DNA from: Hamiltosporidium tvaerminnensis FI-OER-3-3
Taxonomy: Eukaryota; Fungi; Microsporidia
Assembly: GCA_022605425.2 (NCBI GenBank)
Contig: JAKIMF020000013.1
Coordinates: 1 to 64,000, forward strand
DNA length: 64,000 nt
Direction: 5' to 3'
This document shows, piece after piece, positions 12,976 to 25,701 of the stretch (positions are counted from its first letter, which is position 1; each line of letters begins with the position of its first letter). The notes under the pieces are model-generated. The model was not told where the DNA came from and made no database searches. It saw nothing but the letters and a program-made list of their open reading frames with translations. Position numbers and translations under genes: made by a program.

Positions 12976-13178
12976 TTAAATCAAAAAAAACGTTAAATAT
13001 AACGGGTAAAGAAATAGGAAAGAAAATGAAAACAAGAAATAAAAAAGTAAATTAATTTTTGTTTCAAATAGTAAATTTAAAGTTTTTTTTAGAAGCAAAT
13101 ATATTTATTATTTTATCTCATTTTTATCAGAGATAATAAGTTCTAAGAATTTAAATTAATATTTTATTTTTTCTTGCG

Positions 13179-15092
13179 ATGTTTTTAGATAAAAAAATTA
13201 CAGAACATATTGATTTTTTAAGGATTTTTGATGCGGAAAATAGCAATAAAAATAAAATTTTCGATACTTTCTTAGAAAAGTCTAGCGATGTGACAAAATT
13301 AAGAGATTCGGTAATTAATTCTGAAATATTAGAAAATTATATTTTGTATTTCTTACAGATTATATTTATAGAAGAAAAATTTAACTCTCTGGAAATTCAT
13401 GAATCATTTTATTGGAAAGATATAATAACGGGTGAATTCTATAAGTCTAAATCGTTTATTTATGAAAAATTGAATATATCATTAAAAATTATATTTATTT
13501 TGAATAAGTATTTAGAACGGAATGAAGAATCAGAACAAAGCGAAAAATTTAGCTATTTTTATAAATTGATATTTTACTTTTTAGAAACAATTTTAAAAAT
13601 AATTCAACAAAAAAATAATATTTTACCAACTAAAATATTCCAGGTATCTTCTAAACAGTTGGATATATCGTTAGAGTTTTTAACGGCTTTAAAGAGTTAT
13701 TTTCAGTATAAATATACACTTTTCTCAAAAATTAATAATATGGACAGTGAAGAAGAACTAGATAGGTGTAACTTATCATATAAGCTGTGCCATTTCTTAT
13801 CTAAATTGATGAGCGACCTAAAATCTCTTCATAATTTGTACAAAAACTTATTTTGTACTGATTTCCAGAAAATTTGTAAGAATCTTTTAGTTAAATGTAA
13901 AGAAGATCTTGATTATTATTCTTTAAATTTGAATTATTATAAAGCGTTATGTTATTACAAAAAAGATGATATAAAGATAGCTTTTGATACATTAAAAATG
14001 GCTGCAAATAAAATTTCGGAAATTCAAAATCAAAAGTATGTGGTATTAGAAAAATTTAAAAATATAATTGAAAAAATTAATGATTTATTTAAAGATCTAA
14101 CTATTCAAAACACTTTAACTATTTCATATAATACTACAAATGAAATCTTTTTAAATATAGAAACATATGAAAGTTCCTATGAAAATATTTTTGAAATATT
14201 TTTGTATAAAGATATATATTATGATTTTATTCCAGTTAAAATCGAAAAAATAATTGAAACTTATTTAAAAGAAGAGTTTATACTTCACGATGATCTTATC
14301 GCAAGCACCAAATTTTATAAAAATCAAATTAATAAGTTAAAAAAGAAAAACTATTGGATTTTATATTCTGAAAATTACAAAATATATTTCGAAAATTTAA
14401 ATATTTTACTTAAAAAGGAAAATATTGTTTTGGAAGAAAATAAAAATTCTATAAAAATTGGTTTATCAAATATAAATACCAATTTTTTAAATGCTACAAA
14501 AAAATATAAGAATTACATCGAAATGAATATTAAAAAATATACAAATTACGATTTTATTGATGAAAAATATAATAATTTACAGAATATTTACCTGGAATGT
14601 CAAAAAGTAAAAGATATTTTGTTGAAAGTAAAACATATAAAAACCTACACGGTTTCAACATTTAATTCCATCGATAATTTCCAAAAATTACAAAGTAATG
14701 AAATTTTAAAAGATATTATAAATCTAGAAAATCAAATAACTGATTTAGAGACTAATATGATTAAATCTAATAAACCTGATGTAGTAAAATATTATCATGA
14801 ATCTATTATTTATTCAAATAATCCAATAAAATTTGAAGATAAACTTAATTTGAATAAGAAAAAAATGTATGAAAATCAAATTTCTTTAGAAATGATTAAA
14901 GAAAGATATAAATATGTTTCTGATGAAATCATTAAAACAATTTTTTTCCTTAAAAGTAAAAATATAATTGATTATCATAATACAATTAAAAAGACTTCTA
15001 AAAACCTAAAAAAGAAAATAAAAATGACAGATTTTGTTATCAAAAATATAAATCGTTTACAAAAATTAATAACAGATTTTTTAAATAACTGA
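13179..15092 (+). CDS. Divergent Bro1-domain protein (Bro1/Alix/Rim20-like, ESCRT-associated)
   Basis: 637-aa ORF. FYWKDIITGEFYKSKSFIYEKLNI resembles the Bro1-domain FxWxD...SxxFEK motif. TPR-like helix pair (YYKALCYYKKDDIKIAFDTLKMA) and a coiled-coil C-terminal half compatible with a V domain. Confidence 0.6.
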   Translation: MFLDKKITEHIDFLRIFDAENSNKNKIFDTFLEKSSDVTKLRDSVINSEILENYILYFLQIIFIEEKFNSLEIHESFYWKDIITGEFYKSKSFIYEKLNISLKIIFILNKYLERNEESEQSEKFSYFYKLIFYFLETILKIIQQKNNILPTKIFQVSSKQLDISLEFLTALKSYFQYKYTLFSKINNMDSEEELDRCNLSYKLCHFLSKLMSDLKSLHNLYKNLFCTDFQKICKNLLVKCKEDLDYYSLNLNYYKALCYYKKDDIKIAFDTLKMAANKISEIQNQKYVVLEKFKNIIEKINDLFKDLTIQNTLTISYNTTNEIFLNIETYESSYENIFEIFLYKDIYYDFIPVKIEKIIETYLKEEFILHDDLIASTKFYKNQINKLKKKNYWILYSENYKIYFENLNILLKKENIVLEENKNSIKIGLSNINTNFLNATKKYKNYIEMNIKKYTNYDFIDEKYNNLQNIYLECQKVKDILLKVKHIKTYTVSTFNSIDNFQKLQSNEILKDIINLENQITDLETNMIKSNKPDVVKYYHESIIYSNNPIKFEDKLNLNKKKMYENQISLEMIKERYKYVSDEIIKTIFFLKSKNIIDYHNTIKKTSKNLKKKIKMTDFVIKNINRLQKLITDFLNN

Positions 15093-17704
15093 TTATCAAA
15101 TAAATTCTGTTTAATAATGATATCTTTTTTACTATTTTATCGCCAACACTCTTTACTCGGAATTTATTGTAAGTCCATTATCTTTGAGTCTTTTTCTATA
15201 TTTTAAACAATGCATTGAATTTAGAATCTTATTCTCAATTTAGTTCAAAAATTTTTTCTGTTTATTTTCGTAAAATCTTGATACGCAGGTAATGTAGATT
15301 TGACGTCTCTGTCTTTTTGTCTTTCGGCTCTTTATGTAGCATATCGTGATATATTTCTTTGCTATAATCGGCACGGGGGCTTGGATTCAAACGTTTTATT
15401 CGATTAAAAAATATGGTATTGATCTCTTTTTAAATCCACACGAATAAATTTACATTTCTATTTTTATTGTAATTTGAAGTCTTTTAGGCTACAAATTAAG
15501 TTATTGGTTTAAAGATCATTTTAGATTATCACATATTGGATTATCTCTGAATTTATCAAGAAATAAGATTGAATTTATTTGACTATAATTCGTATTATCT
15601 TCTTTGCTTTATTGTTTCAAATTGTTGGAGCTTTAACATTTTAGGTAATTTCGACAATACCTACTGCATCTTTTTTAATTCATTTCCTGATCTATATTTT
15701 AGGGTTATTATCCCGATTTGAAATGCTGACTTTTTTTCATATTTCACTTCTATTTTAGCATACTAATCTTCAAGCATCCAGGCAATTGAAATCCTTCTTT
15801 TTACATTGAATCTCAAATCTTATACATATCTTAGAAAGTAAGTTTATACATTAACTAGTATGTTTTAACAGCTTCTATAGTAAGTTACAGGCCTTTTTTG
15901 AATATCTAGGTTCCTAACGCGCATCAACTTTCTAATTTTTCTACAATTTAATTTTGTTCTTACATGAATATTTTTATTAAATTTCACTCAAAAAAAAAGT
16001 GTAATGAAAAATAGAATTTGAGATAAAAAACGTATTAAATAGCCTTTTTTAATTTTTTTAATCGAATAAAAATACAAAAACTTACTTTTTAATCTGCTGG
16101 TTTTGAATATAAGAAAATAAATATAAATTTCTTCGAAAATCTATAATTATACATTTTTAGAAGTTACAAATAAATTAATCTACAATACAATCACATTTAT
16201 TTCGAAATTATAAAAACGTAAAATAATGTTTGGTTTTAAACCGTTCTATTTCGTGTGGAAATACTGTTTCGATTCTAAAATTATTAAATCTTGTCAATTG
16301 ATTTCTATTTTTTCCAATGATAATGTTCTTTGCTTAGAAGCGTTATTTAAACATAGAAAAATTAATATGATTCCTCTAATGAATAAAAAAAAGCAATTTG
16401 CTTGTATGAAGAAATAATATATTAATAAGTGATTTGATGGTCAATAATCAAAGAATCAATCAAATATTAGCACAAAGCAGAACTTGGTATAAATTTTATA
16501 TAAGCGCGAAATATACGGCTATAAAAAGAAATTTTATTACTATACAGGTCTAAGAATTTGAGTTTTATATGTGTGATTGTATTTGAAACATACGATTACC
16601 ACTACCACTGTTAGCCTATGAGCAAAAAACACGGTTTGATATATATCTAACTATAGATTTACAACTAATTGACAGAATTTGAGAATTCTTTAAAAATGAG
16701 AATGACGAAACCACATGATCGTTAAGATTTAACAGATTCATTAAGAAATATAATACAAATATTTCAAATATAATTAATAATATGTGGATATGAAGCAGAG
16801 TTAATAAAGGTTTTTTAATATTGTTCAATCAGAACAGATGTGAATATATTAATATCGGTTAACACTAGAAATATTATTTATTCATTTATGAATCATTAAA
16901 CTATTTTCTTACATAATAACTTATTAATACGATTAGTAGTATCCTAATAAATCTAGAACTAAAAGTATCAATCTGAATAACCAATGATGTATTAAAAAAA
17001 TTTGGAATTATAACCTAAACAAGAATTTGAGGATGGATAAGATTAGAGTCAGCAAAACTCAGGAAAAGGCTATCAAAAAGCGGCTGTAAATTCCTAAAAA
17101 AATGGTAAAGGTCCACCAACTACTGAAATATGTTTTAACTAGAGTCTTTGTATTGAAAACTACATTCTAAGACAATCTAAATTTCATTTTCGAAAAATTT
17201 AAAAATTCTTTGATTCTTAAATATACTAGAAATTGCAAAAATTTTGTCTGTATTAAATAATTAAAGTCAATAACTATTTCGATTGAAGTTGTAAAATTGC
17301 GGTAATTATGGGTTGATATTTTGCTTTGAATTCTCATAGTTTATATATTTTATATTTTGCTTTCTATATAGTGTTCACATTGAAATATTACTAGTCATTC
17401 CATAGGTCACTAAAATTAAAACATAAGCAATTTGATTTTTTAACACTAAATTTGTTTACTATTACAAAAAAGTTTAGGATTTCAGTATTACTACTAAGAT
17501 TGGTTTTAGACACTTCAAATATTTTTGTAAACTAATAATATTATTTAAAAAAAAATCCGTTTGAAAAATTTGGTTTTCAATTATTTTATCGTTTTTAATT
17601 TTATACACAAGCCGAAAGTAAAGAAGGAATGACCAAATTTACATTAAAACAGGGTGTATATACTTGATTATAGAAATAGAATCGTGTAAAAAATAGCAAA
17701 TTTT

Positions 17705-18100
17705 TTATTTAACTTTTGGTGGCATATATGACTTAAATAAGAGTATACGGTTATCATCAATATCTATTTCTACATAAAAATGATCTTCATATACAACTAT
17801 TCCAAAATAATGCCCTCCTATAATTACATTCCATCCTTTTCCAAATTTCTTTTCAAGTTCGTCTTTAAAATTTCTAGCAATCATGGTAGGTTTTTTGGTA
17901 TCTTTATATTTTTCAGCCAAATTTTCTATAAATTCTAAAATATTTTCCGAAACTAAAGATTTCACAACTTTAATTCGTGATTGGGGCTTTTCTTTGTTTT
18001 CATTTTCTTCTTTTTTATTATTTTCTTTATCTGAAGATGTTTCTTTATTTTTTATTGTGCTTTCATTACTCTTATCAGTTTTTTGTTCTTTTTCTGCCAT
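17705..18100 (-). CDS. Dynein light chain type 1 (LC8-like) with charged N-terminal extension
   Basis: IARNFKDELEKKFGKGWNVIIG...FG and terminal ILLFKS match LC8/DYNLL family motifs (IAxxIKKEFDKKYxxxWHCIVG...ILLFKS). Confidence 0.85.
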   Translation of the reverse strand: MAEKEQKTDKSNESTIKNKETSSDKENNKKEENENKEKPQSRIKVVKSLVSENILEFIENLAEKYKDTKKPTMIARNFKDELEKKFGKGWNVIIGGHYFGIVVYEDHFYVEIDIDDNRILLFKSYMPPKVK

Positions 18101-18279
18101 AAAATATTAATTTTTATTTCATTTATATAAATTTACTCCTTTATCTCGTTTTAATCTAAACCAATCGACTTATTCATTTTTTTATTAGACCAATCATCTT
18201 TAAAATTATTTAAACTATTAAGCACGTTAAATCTAAGATCAAACCAAGAATAATATAAATTATTTATTGGTTTCAATAT

Positions 18280-19764
18280 TTAGATTTTATTAATTATTAA
18301 AATTTCCAATTCGGTAAATTTCTTGATTACTTCATTTATAATAATTTTACTATCAATTAATTCCTTAAAAAATATTGTATTCTCATCTTTTAAATTTATA
18401 TCTTTTAAACCACAATTACAATATAGATTATTAGTATCAATATTTTTATGTTTCGTAAAAATATTCAAGCATATTTGTTTTGTAGCCAGATATATTGATT
18501 TATCTTTCTTGTTTATCTGTTTAATATTTACAATATCTAAAAATCTTTTTCTTTCGAATAAATAAATATACAATTCAATTTTATCAATATTTTGTTGTTC
18601 AAATATTTCTATTAAAATATTTGCAAAATGTAAAGATAAATGACAATTTGAATTAAAATACAAAGAAACACATAAATTAAACAATATAATCACATATTCC
18701 ATATTTATACATTCTAAAATAAATTGTTTGTATGTTCTGTTATTATTTAAATCTTTTATATGATGAAATGCAGTTTTATAGTCATTTTTATAGATCCAAT
18801 AATTAAAATTCTGATAATTTTTATATTTATTGTTGATATCAGTATTTATTATATTGCATTCAGATAAGCATTTTATCGCTTTTTTGTCGTAAAAATATAT
18901 TTCTTTAAAAATCCTTCCACTTAATACATTTTTTAGGATAAATTCTTCTTCCGAGGAACATTTCACTATTTCTTCAGAACAAACATACTTAAATAAATCT
19001 TTATTTATTTCTGGTTGGATTTCTATCGAAAAACAGTTGAATTTTTCAATTTTTTTATTTAAAAAATTCGTATTAAAAATTGATTTAAAATCCGTATTTA
19101 AGGTTTCATTAAATGTAGATTCTGTTCTTTGAATCTTATTATTGATTCTTCTATCCTTTTTTAAATTTAAATCAGGTATTTCATCAGTCTCTAATTTATT
19201 TTCATGTAATTTCTCCGTATTTTGATTTAAATTATTAATTAATTTTTTAATTTCCTCTTTCTTAGCTTTTAATTCATCACCAACTTCATCACCTATTTTA
19301 TTACAAAATTTAATAGAATTTTTAGTGTCTTTTATTAAAAAATAGAAAAACGAAATATAAATATTTCTTGTATTTTCATCAAATCCAGGATAATCACATA
19401 CCACATAAAATATTTCTTCATACTTTTTTAAATAAATTCCAATTCCAATTAATTTATAGACAGTATATTGTGTTTTTCCACCTAAAATATATGAAATTTT
19501 AAGTGTCTGAAATGCTTCAAAATATTTTTTATTTTTTTCACAAATCATTGAAAAATATTTGTATGGTTCACTATATGAAGGATAACGATAGGCAACCATT
19601 TTTAAAGTATTAAATGATTCTTCTTCTCTGTTCATTAAAAACATAACGTAACCTTTCAATGACAAATAAAATTCTGAATTATTTAATTTCAATTCATTTT
19701 CTATTAAACTTAATGCTTTTTCATTTTCATTATTTTCTAATAAAGAAAATATTTTTTGTTTCAT
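18280..19764 (-). CDS. Hypothetical protein with N-terminal TPR-like repeats
   Basis: 494-aa ORF with CCC upstream of ATG. First ~150 aa show a TPR pattern (EKALSLIE, LSLKGYVMF...EES, YPSYSEPY...EAFQTL). A Tfc4-like identity is possible but unproven. Confidence 0.6.
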   Translation of the reverse strand: MKQKIFSLLENNENEKALSLIENELKLNNSEFYLSLKGYVMFLMNREEESFNTLKMVAYRYPSYSEPYKYFSMICEKNKKYFEAFQTLKISYILGGKTQYTVYKLIGIGIYLKKYEEIFYVVCDYPGFDENTRNIYISFFYFLIKDTKNSIKFCNKIGDEVGDELKAKKEEIKKLINNLNQNTEKLHENKLETDEIPDLNLKKDRRINNKIQRTESTFNETLNTDFKSIFNTNFLNKKIEKFNCFSIEIQPEINKDLFKYVCSEEIVKCSSEEEFILKNVLSGRIFKEIYFYDKKAIKCLSECNIINTDINNKYKNYQNFNYWIYKNDYKTAFHHIKDLNNNRTYKQFILECINMEYVIILFNLCVSLYFNSNCHLSLHFANILIEIFEQQNIDKIELYIYLFERKRFLDIVNIKQINKKDKSIYLATKQICLNIFTKHKNIDTNNLYCNCGLKDINLKDENTIFFKELIDSKIIINEVIKKFTELEILIINKI

Positions 19765-19788
19765 TTAAAATTTGTAGGGTTTTTGTTC

Positions 19789-19830
19789 TTTAAATGAAAT
19801 AATTTTAAATGAAATAATTTTAAATGAAAT
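19789..19830. repeat. 15-bp tandem repeat (~2.8 copies) upstream of the TPR gene
   Basis: Unit tttaaatgaaataat repeated head to tail. Confidence 0.7.
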
Positions 19831-20707
19831 TAGTATTTTACAAATGTTTTTATTGTAATTGTTCTACAGAAATTATTTTTTTAGGAAAACGTTTTTGTAT
19901 TTTGAGTATCTTGAACAAATAATTAAAAAGATAGAATCAAAATAAAAAATGTTTTTTAAGTAAATAATTTTAAATTATGGCAAATAAATTCCTACAAAAT
20001 CAAGGAGATATAAAGAGATTAACAACAATCTTAATATTGTTTTATCAATACGGTGATATATTAACATACTTATATAGTAATATTAATATAACATCTTTCT
20101 ATAATAGTAATTTATAATTTATAATTTATTAATAAAAATATTTTGATTTTTAGATGATATTATAGCATTTTAAAACTATAAATTGTTAAGCTTAATCAAT
20201 ATTTTATTAATTTAATTTAGAAATTTTATTTTTTTATTTGAAACTTTTTTTTTACAAACAGGTTGCTTCTAAATAATAAATTTAAAAAGAGGATTCTATT
20301 ATATTTTTTACATTAAAAAATAAGTCTTTTTAAATATTTAAAGTTGAGTTCTGATTTATCTATATACGAAAATTTGAGCTTATAATATTCTTTTATAAGT
20401 CTTAAAAACTAAAAATTTAAAATATTTTTTATTTCTCAATATTTTATTCATTTAAAGTTTCAAAATTTATTTTTTTTACTTTTTATAAATGAATATACGT
20501 TAAATACAATCTATTATTTTTATTCTCTATGTTTGGATTTTTATTCTAACTATAATCTTAGTTTAAGTATTATTTCTGCATTTTCTTTAAGAAATTAAAC
20601 TTAAACTGGTAAAAGAAGCAAAATTTTTTATTTATTTATTATTTTTTACTTAAAAAATAGCCCATATTTTTAAAAATCAGTGGCAAGTGTTACATTGTTT
20701 TTATGAA

Positions 20708-21362
20708 ATTAACGCAGTTCTAGGTTAAACATAAATATTTTTTTCCCAAAAATACCATCAGTATCCCTTACGATGACCGCATCCCTAAGCCTTTCATATA
20801 AAGGTGTCTGGCCCCAGTTAATAAGGGAGTAAATTGTCCGGTGTTCGTTGGTGTGGGTTTAATGGAGTGTGGTCGTAGCTAGAAACCCATATTGGGTCCT
20901 TCGAGACAATGCAACATTCCCACTTGCTCTACACTTTCTGAACTAATAAACTTCTAGCTGAGATATATTATGGAGACTTGGATGAGATCCATCTAGATGG
21001 TGCAATTTCATACCAACAGGCATAACCTTGCTAGTATTCCTGTCTTTAAAGGGTTTGATTTTTATATCTCCCAGGCACTAGATTTTCATACCCTAGTAAG
21101 CAAGGCTAAGTTTCAATGCTTTTGCATGGAAATTACCTAGAATTTCAGATACGACTTGCGATATTTTGCATTAAAAACTGAAAAAAATAAATTTGTAGAA
21201 ATGGTTTCATATTTTGTAGATATTCTCCACCTCATAGAAGCTCTCATGAAACGATCAAAAATATAGTATGGTTTTATTCCCACCAAAAATTCAAATAATG
21301 ATTTTCACACCAGTTTCACATACTCATTGTCAAGCAAATAAGTTTTATGTTATTATCATACC
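20708..21362. repeat. Dispersed ~650-bp family, copy 2 (decayed)
   Basis: Colinear similarity to 9102-9742 along its whole length. No long intact ORF in the track. Confidence 0.8.
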
Positions 21363-22289
21363 TATTAAAATAAAAAACAATAGATTATTAATTTTATCTA
21401 TTTAATTCAAGATGGCAATAAATAAGATAGATATGTAGATAAAGAAATTTAAATAATGTTGAGCAAGCAACCTAAACAATCAAAAGAAAAATATCTCCGA
21501 AATGCCTATACCTAAGAAGTTTCAATTCAAAAATATTTTGTTCCATTTGTTGGGAAGGGAACAATCTAATACTAAAAACATTAAAGATAATAAAATATTT
21601 TTTTTATAAATTAAGTTCGCGGAGATATATATTTATTAAAAACTAATCTACCGAAATATATTAAATCTTAAATTATTACTATAAATCTAAGGGGATATGA
21701 TGTGTTGTTTCACTTATATTTTATTTTTAAATTATTTTCGAACCGACAGCCTATTTCTTTTAAATTTTTATTTAAAATATTACGAATCAGGTTTTTTGTC
21801 TAAAAAAGGCATTCAAACCTCACCTACTTAATATTAGCTTATATCAGATATTACAACCTTATGTAAAAATCTTAAATTTAGGTTTTTTAATTTTTCTTAA
21901 TTCTATAAATTTACAAGCCTGCTCTTGATTTATTTAAATTTTAGACATAAAATTAGAAAAGTTTTTGTATAATTTGAGAAACATTAAATAAATTCAAAAA
22001 AATAACAAATTTAAATTTTAATTTTTTAGATCATTTTAAAATCTTTAAAGTAAAAAAAGAAGGGGTTTATCATATTTAAGTTAACAGAAAAGAAAATGAA
22101 TTTAATTTAAAGGTTTAGAATTTCAAACCTTTTAAAAATTCTCTCCGAAAAAAAAATTCTTTACAAAATTTGATAAATTAAATTGTGATCACGAGAAGGA
22201 AAAAATTAATTTTTTTTAAAAAAATATATAAATTTTATAATCTGAATACATAAATTTAAACGCTTATTACACCTAAACACATTTATTTA

Positions 22290-22799
22290 CTAACTTTTAA
22301 TAAAGTTTACAGAAAAGTCTTCAATAGTAGTAACTCTTCCTTTCAAATCTTCTAAACGTACATATCCATCAAAAATTTCAACATCTTTAAAGAAAATATC
22401 CCATTCGCTCAAAACAGAACATTTTAAATCATCAATTTTTTCAATAAAACATCCTCTACAATCCAAAGTAGAAACATGGAATGAATTGTCTTTCTTTGGA
22501 TTCAAGTAGAGATCAACTTCATATTCATTCATTATATCCTTATTGGTATATTTATATTTGGTACTGTTTATAGGAATATGTACTGTTATTGTCATTTGTT
22601 TCCCGCATTCAGCACATTTTACTTTGAGGTTTACGGGTTCATCTTTATTATTATACTGTTTGCTTTCATCAGTTACAATTACATGATTTTTATGTGTTTT
22701 ATGGCAATAAGAACACTTTATTTCTAAAGAAAATGTTTGTTCCACCATAATATTAGAAACACCCTGAAATGTTCCTGCTACGAATAAGTCATACTTCAT
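22290..22799 (-). CDS. DUF866 / CXXC zinc-binding protein (CZIB/C1orf123-like)
   Basis: 169 aa with two CxxC motifs (KCSYC, KCAEC), NLxVKC context and DCRG motif. CCC directly before ATG. Confidence 0.85.
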   Translation of the reverse strand: MKYDLFVAGTFQGVSNIMVEQTFSLEIKCSYCHKTHKNHVIVTDESKQYNNKDEPVNLKVKCAECGKQMTITVHIPINSTKYKYTNKDIMNEYEVDLYLNPKKDNSFHVSTLDCRGCFIEKIDDLKCSVLSEWDIFFKDVEIFDGYVRLEDLKGRVTTIEDFSVNFIKS

Positions 22800-22802
22800 G
22801 GG
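22800..22802 (-). promoter_or_regulatory. Microsporidian-type CCC start-proximal signal (representative instance)
   Basis: On the coding strand, CCC lies within 20 nt of the ATG for four genes (11658-11660, 19777-19779, 22800-22802, 58160-58163) and GGG for one (45031-45033), all in very AT-rich context. Confidence 0.65.
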
Positions 22803-25701
22803 TTCTTATTGGAAATTTAATTTTTAAAAAAATACGAAAATTGAAATATAATTTGTAATTGTAAAAATATTTTTTTTTATGACAATAATTTGATAAGCTT
22901 GATAGAAATACAGAAGAATTATATAATAATGGTTTTCATAATAAATATTTGAATCTTAATTATTAAATGAGCTGTGAAAAGAGGCTCATAAATTACATTT
23001 AATTTTTATAAATGTTTTTAATTCTTTAAATTTACAGTCTCGTTTTGAAAAATAGAAACAAATGTTCACTTATCTATTTAATATTAAAAATCAGGAAATA
23101 AAAATTTTTTAAATCGTTTCTTTTATATATCTTAAATATAAAATTTTCTAAATACCATATTTTCATACATTTTATTTGTATAAGATGTAGCTTTTTATGT
23201 TTTATATAGCAAAATTTATACTCTGAATTGAAAAAAGTATTTTGAATATTTTTTTATAATTTTAAAGATTATTGAACACCCGAATCGCGTTTGTGACTAT
23301 TAATGTTTATTTTTAAGTATTTATTATTCGAATTTCTTTGTTATGCCGCATGTGATAAAATCAGAGATTTCAATAATTTCATTTAATTAATCTACATTCA
23401 AAGGTGTCTAATTTTTCTGTAAATTCGCCATGTAGGTTTGAATCATATCTTAATCTTTGATTTAAAAATTAAAACGAATATTATTTGTTTATATCTAATC
23501 TTTTAATATTTTCTGAATATTACAGTGAAATTTAAAAATGGGAGTTCTTTGAAATACACATCAAGTTAGGAGTATCTAAATTCTATAGTTTAACAAAAAG
23601 ATATGTTTATTAGTAAAAATAATAATATTTTTTTTGCTTCAATGGTTTTGATAAAATTACAGAAAATATATTATTATTTCTATTTAGTATAGATATAGTA
23701 TCATTTTTAATCCAGATTCTTGTTTGTATTATGATATATAATATGATCTTGGTATATTTTCTTAAAATTCAACGTAAAATACTGGGTTTGTTTTGTTCTG
23801 GAAATCACGGATGTATTTATAGCAAATAGAGATATCAGATTATCGCTCTAATATGTCATCTGATATGTTTTTTTTTAGTAAAAACTGAATAATTCTCTAA
23901 ATTATTAGCATTTCAGAGAACATACTTTAATATAAGTCGAGGATAATTTCTTCTTGCAACTAAATTGAAATTTTGAATAAGACAAAAGCAGATTATTCTT
24001 ACTCACGAAGTGCAAAAATTATATTTTCATATTTTTATGTTATAAAAGATTGGTACGTACTTTTATTTTTTTACTACTGCTTGATATATTATTTAAATGA
24101 TTACGAGTCAAATCTAGTATCATAGCATAGATTCCTAATAAAAATGATTTTAACTAGAATAATAGGCCATAATTTTTTAAAAATTGTCTTTTTTAGGATA
24201 AATCTATCTCCAAGCTTGATTTTTTTGCAACTTATGACTGTTTAGAATCAGCGGTTTTTGTAAATATCTTTATCCAAAGTACTTTAAATTGAAATATCAA
24301 TAGTTTCTCTACAACTATTCATTTTTTTTGAAGTTTAAAATTATCTATCATAATTAAATAACCAAATGTTCAGTTTATGTCGATTCAAACTGTAGATTAT
24401 GTTATAAAATATTTTTTTAGAAGTATAACCTATGAAGTTTAAAGAATATCCGCCGCCTGCGCTTTGTAGGTAATAAATCAAACGAGATATTCCACCTATT
24501 CTTAATTCTTTGAAAAAAATGAAAATTTTTATTGAATCTTTTTCTTAACAGAAGTAAAAATTCAAAATAATTGAAAATTAAAAAGTCAATCATGCTTAAG
24601 CTTATATCTAAACAAAATTAGAAAATCTATAAATGAATTGGGTTTAAAAATCTATACATTATATATGCTTCGCAACTTTTTTTTAGCAAACATTCTTTCG
24701 TAAAAACCAATTTCAAAATATTTAGAGTATATCAAAAAAATCTTAGTCGAAAGAGAAAAAATATGTTAAGAACGAATTGCTTGAGAATATTTGAACACAT
24801 TTCTAAAAATATGATTGATTCTCTTTTACATATGGAAACCCAATTATATTTTTCTTTGATCCATGAGAATTTGAATAAGAAAAAGAAGGTTTATGGAACA
24901 GTGAGAAATTTTCCGAAGCGTAGTTATGATTTTAAGCCGATGTAATTTAACAGCGATTAAATTGAAGATAATTTCTATATGGAAAAAATAAAAAACAGAA
25001 TTGCTTACCTACTCGACTTACAAAATTTTGCGTCTGAAAGATACATAAAAGAATACCTATAAAATCACAGGAGAGTTAAGCAAAGGCTGCAGCTTTTGGT
25101 AGTCAGTTGCCACGTCTAGCCTAACTTCATCTAGGTGCCTAGATATAACGTAAAAGGAAGTCTATTAAACCAATGAGTAGAGTAAGTGTTAATGCTCGTT
25201 TTCTAGTATGTCGAAACAGGGTAGCGAGTTGCAAACACACGCCAGCCACAAACATTGAATGACTCGGATAACATTCATATTACATAAAATGAAATCTATG
25301 CACATTTTGTTTGAAAATGTTTGCGTCGTAAATATTTAAAAAAAATGAGGTAGTGTTTAAAAAGCGGTTATAAATATCTCAATAAAAGCTTTTTCTATGT
25401 TTTGAAAATAATTTAACATAATATTGTGTTGCAAAGAAATTTCATATTCATTTATATAAAATTTGATTAAATAGCATTTAGAAATTTACAATTTAAATAT
25501 ATTAAAGAAAATAAGGAATTATACAGATAATAATGTTTTTTCATTAACTTATTATGAAAACATTCTATAAAAATTTTAAATCTTTCGAATTACTTTTATT
25601 TAGAAACCTTATATTTTTAAAATTTGAATATGGCGCTTTTTGATTTCTAAACTATATTTAAAAGATAACATAATTTAAAACAATATGACTTTAATTTATA
25701 A

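Noticed and set aside
25060-25270. Mildly GC-enriched patch with hairpin ATCTAGG-TG-CCTAGAT as an ncRNA
   Set aside because: A single short hairpin with no family motif and no second copy. Insufficient support.
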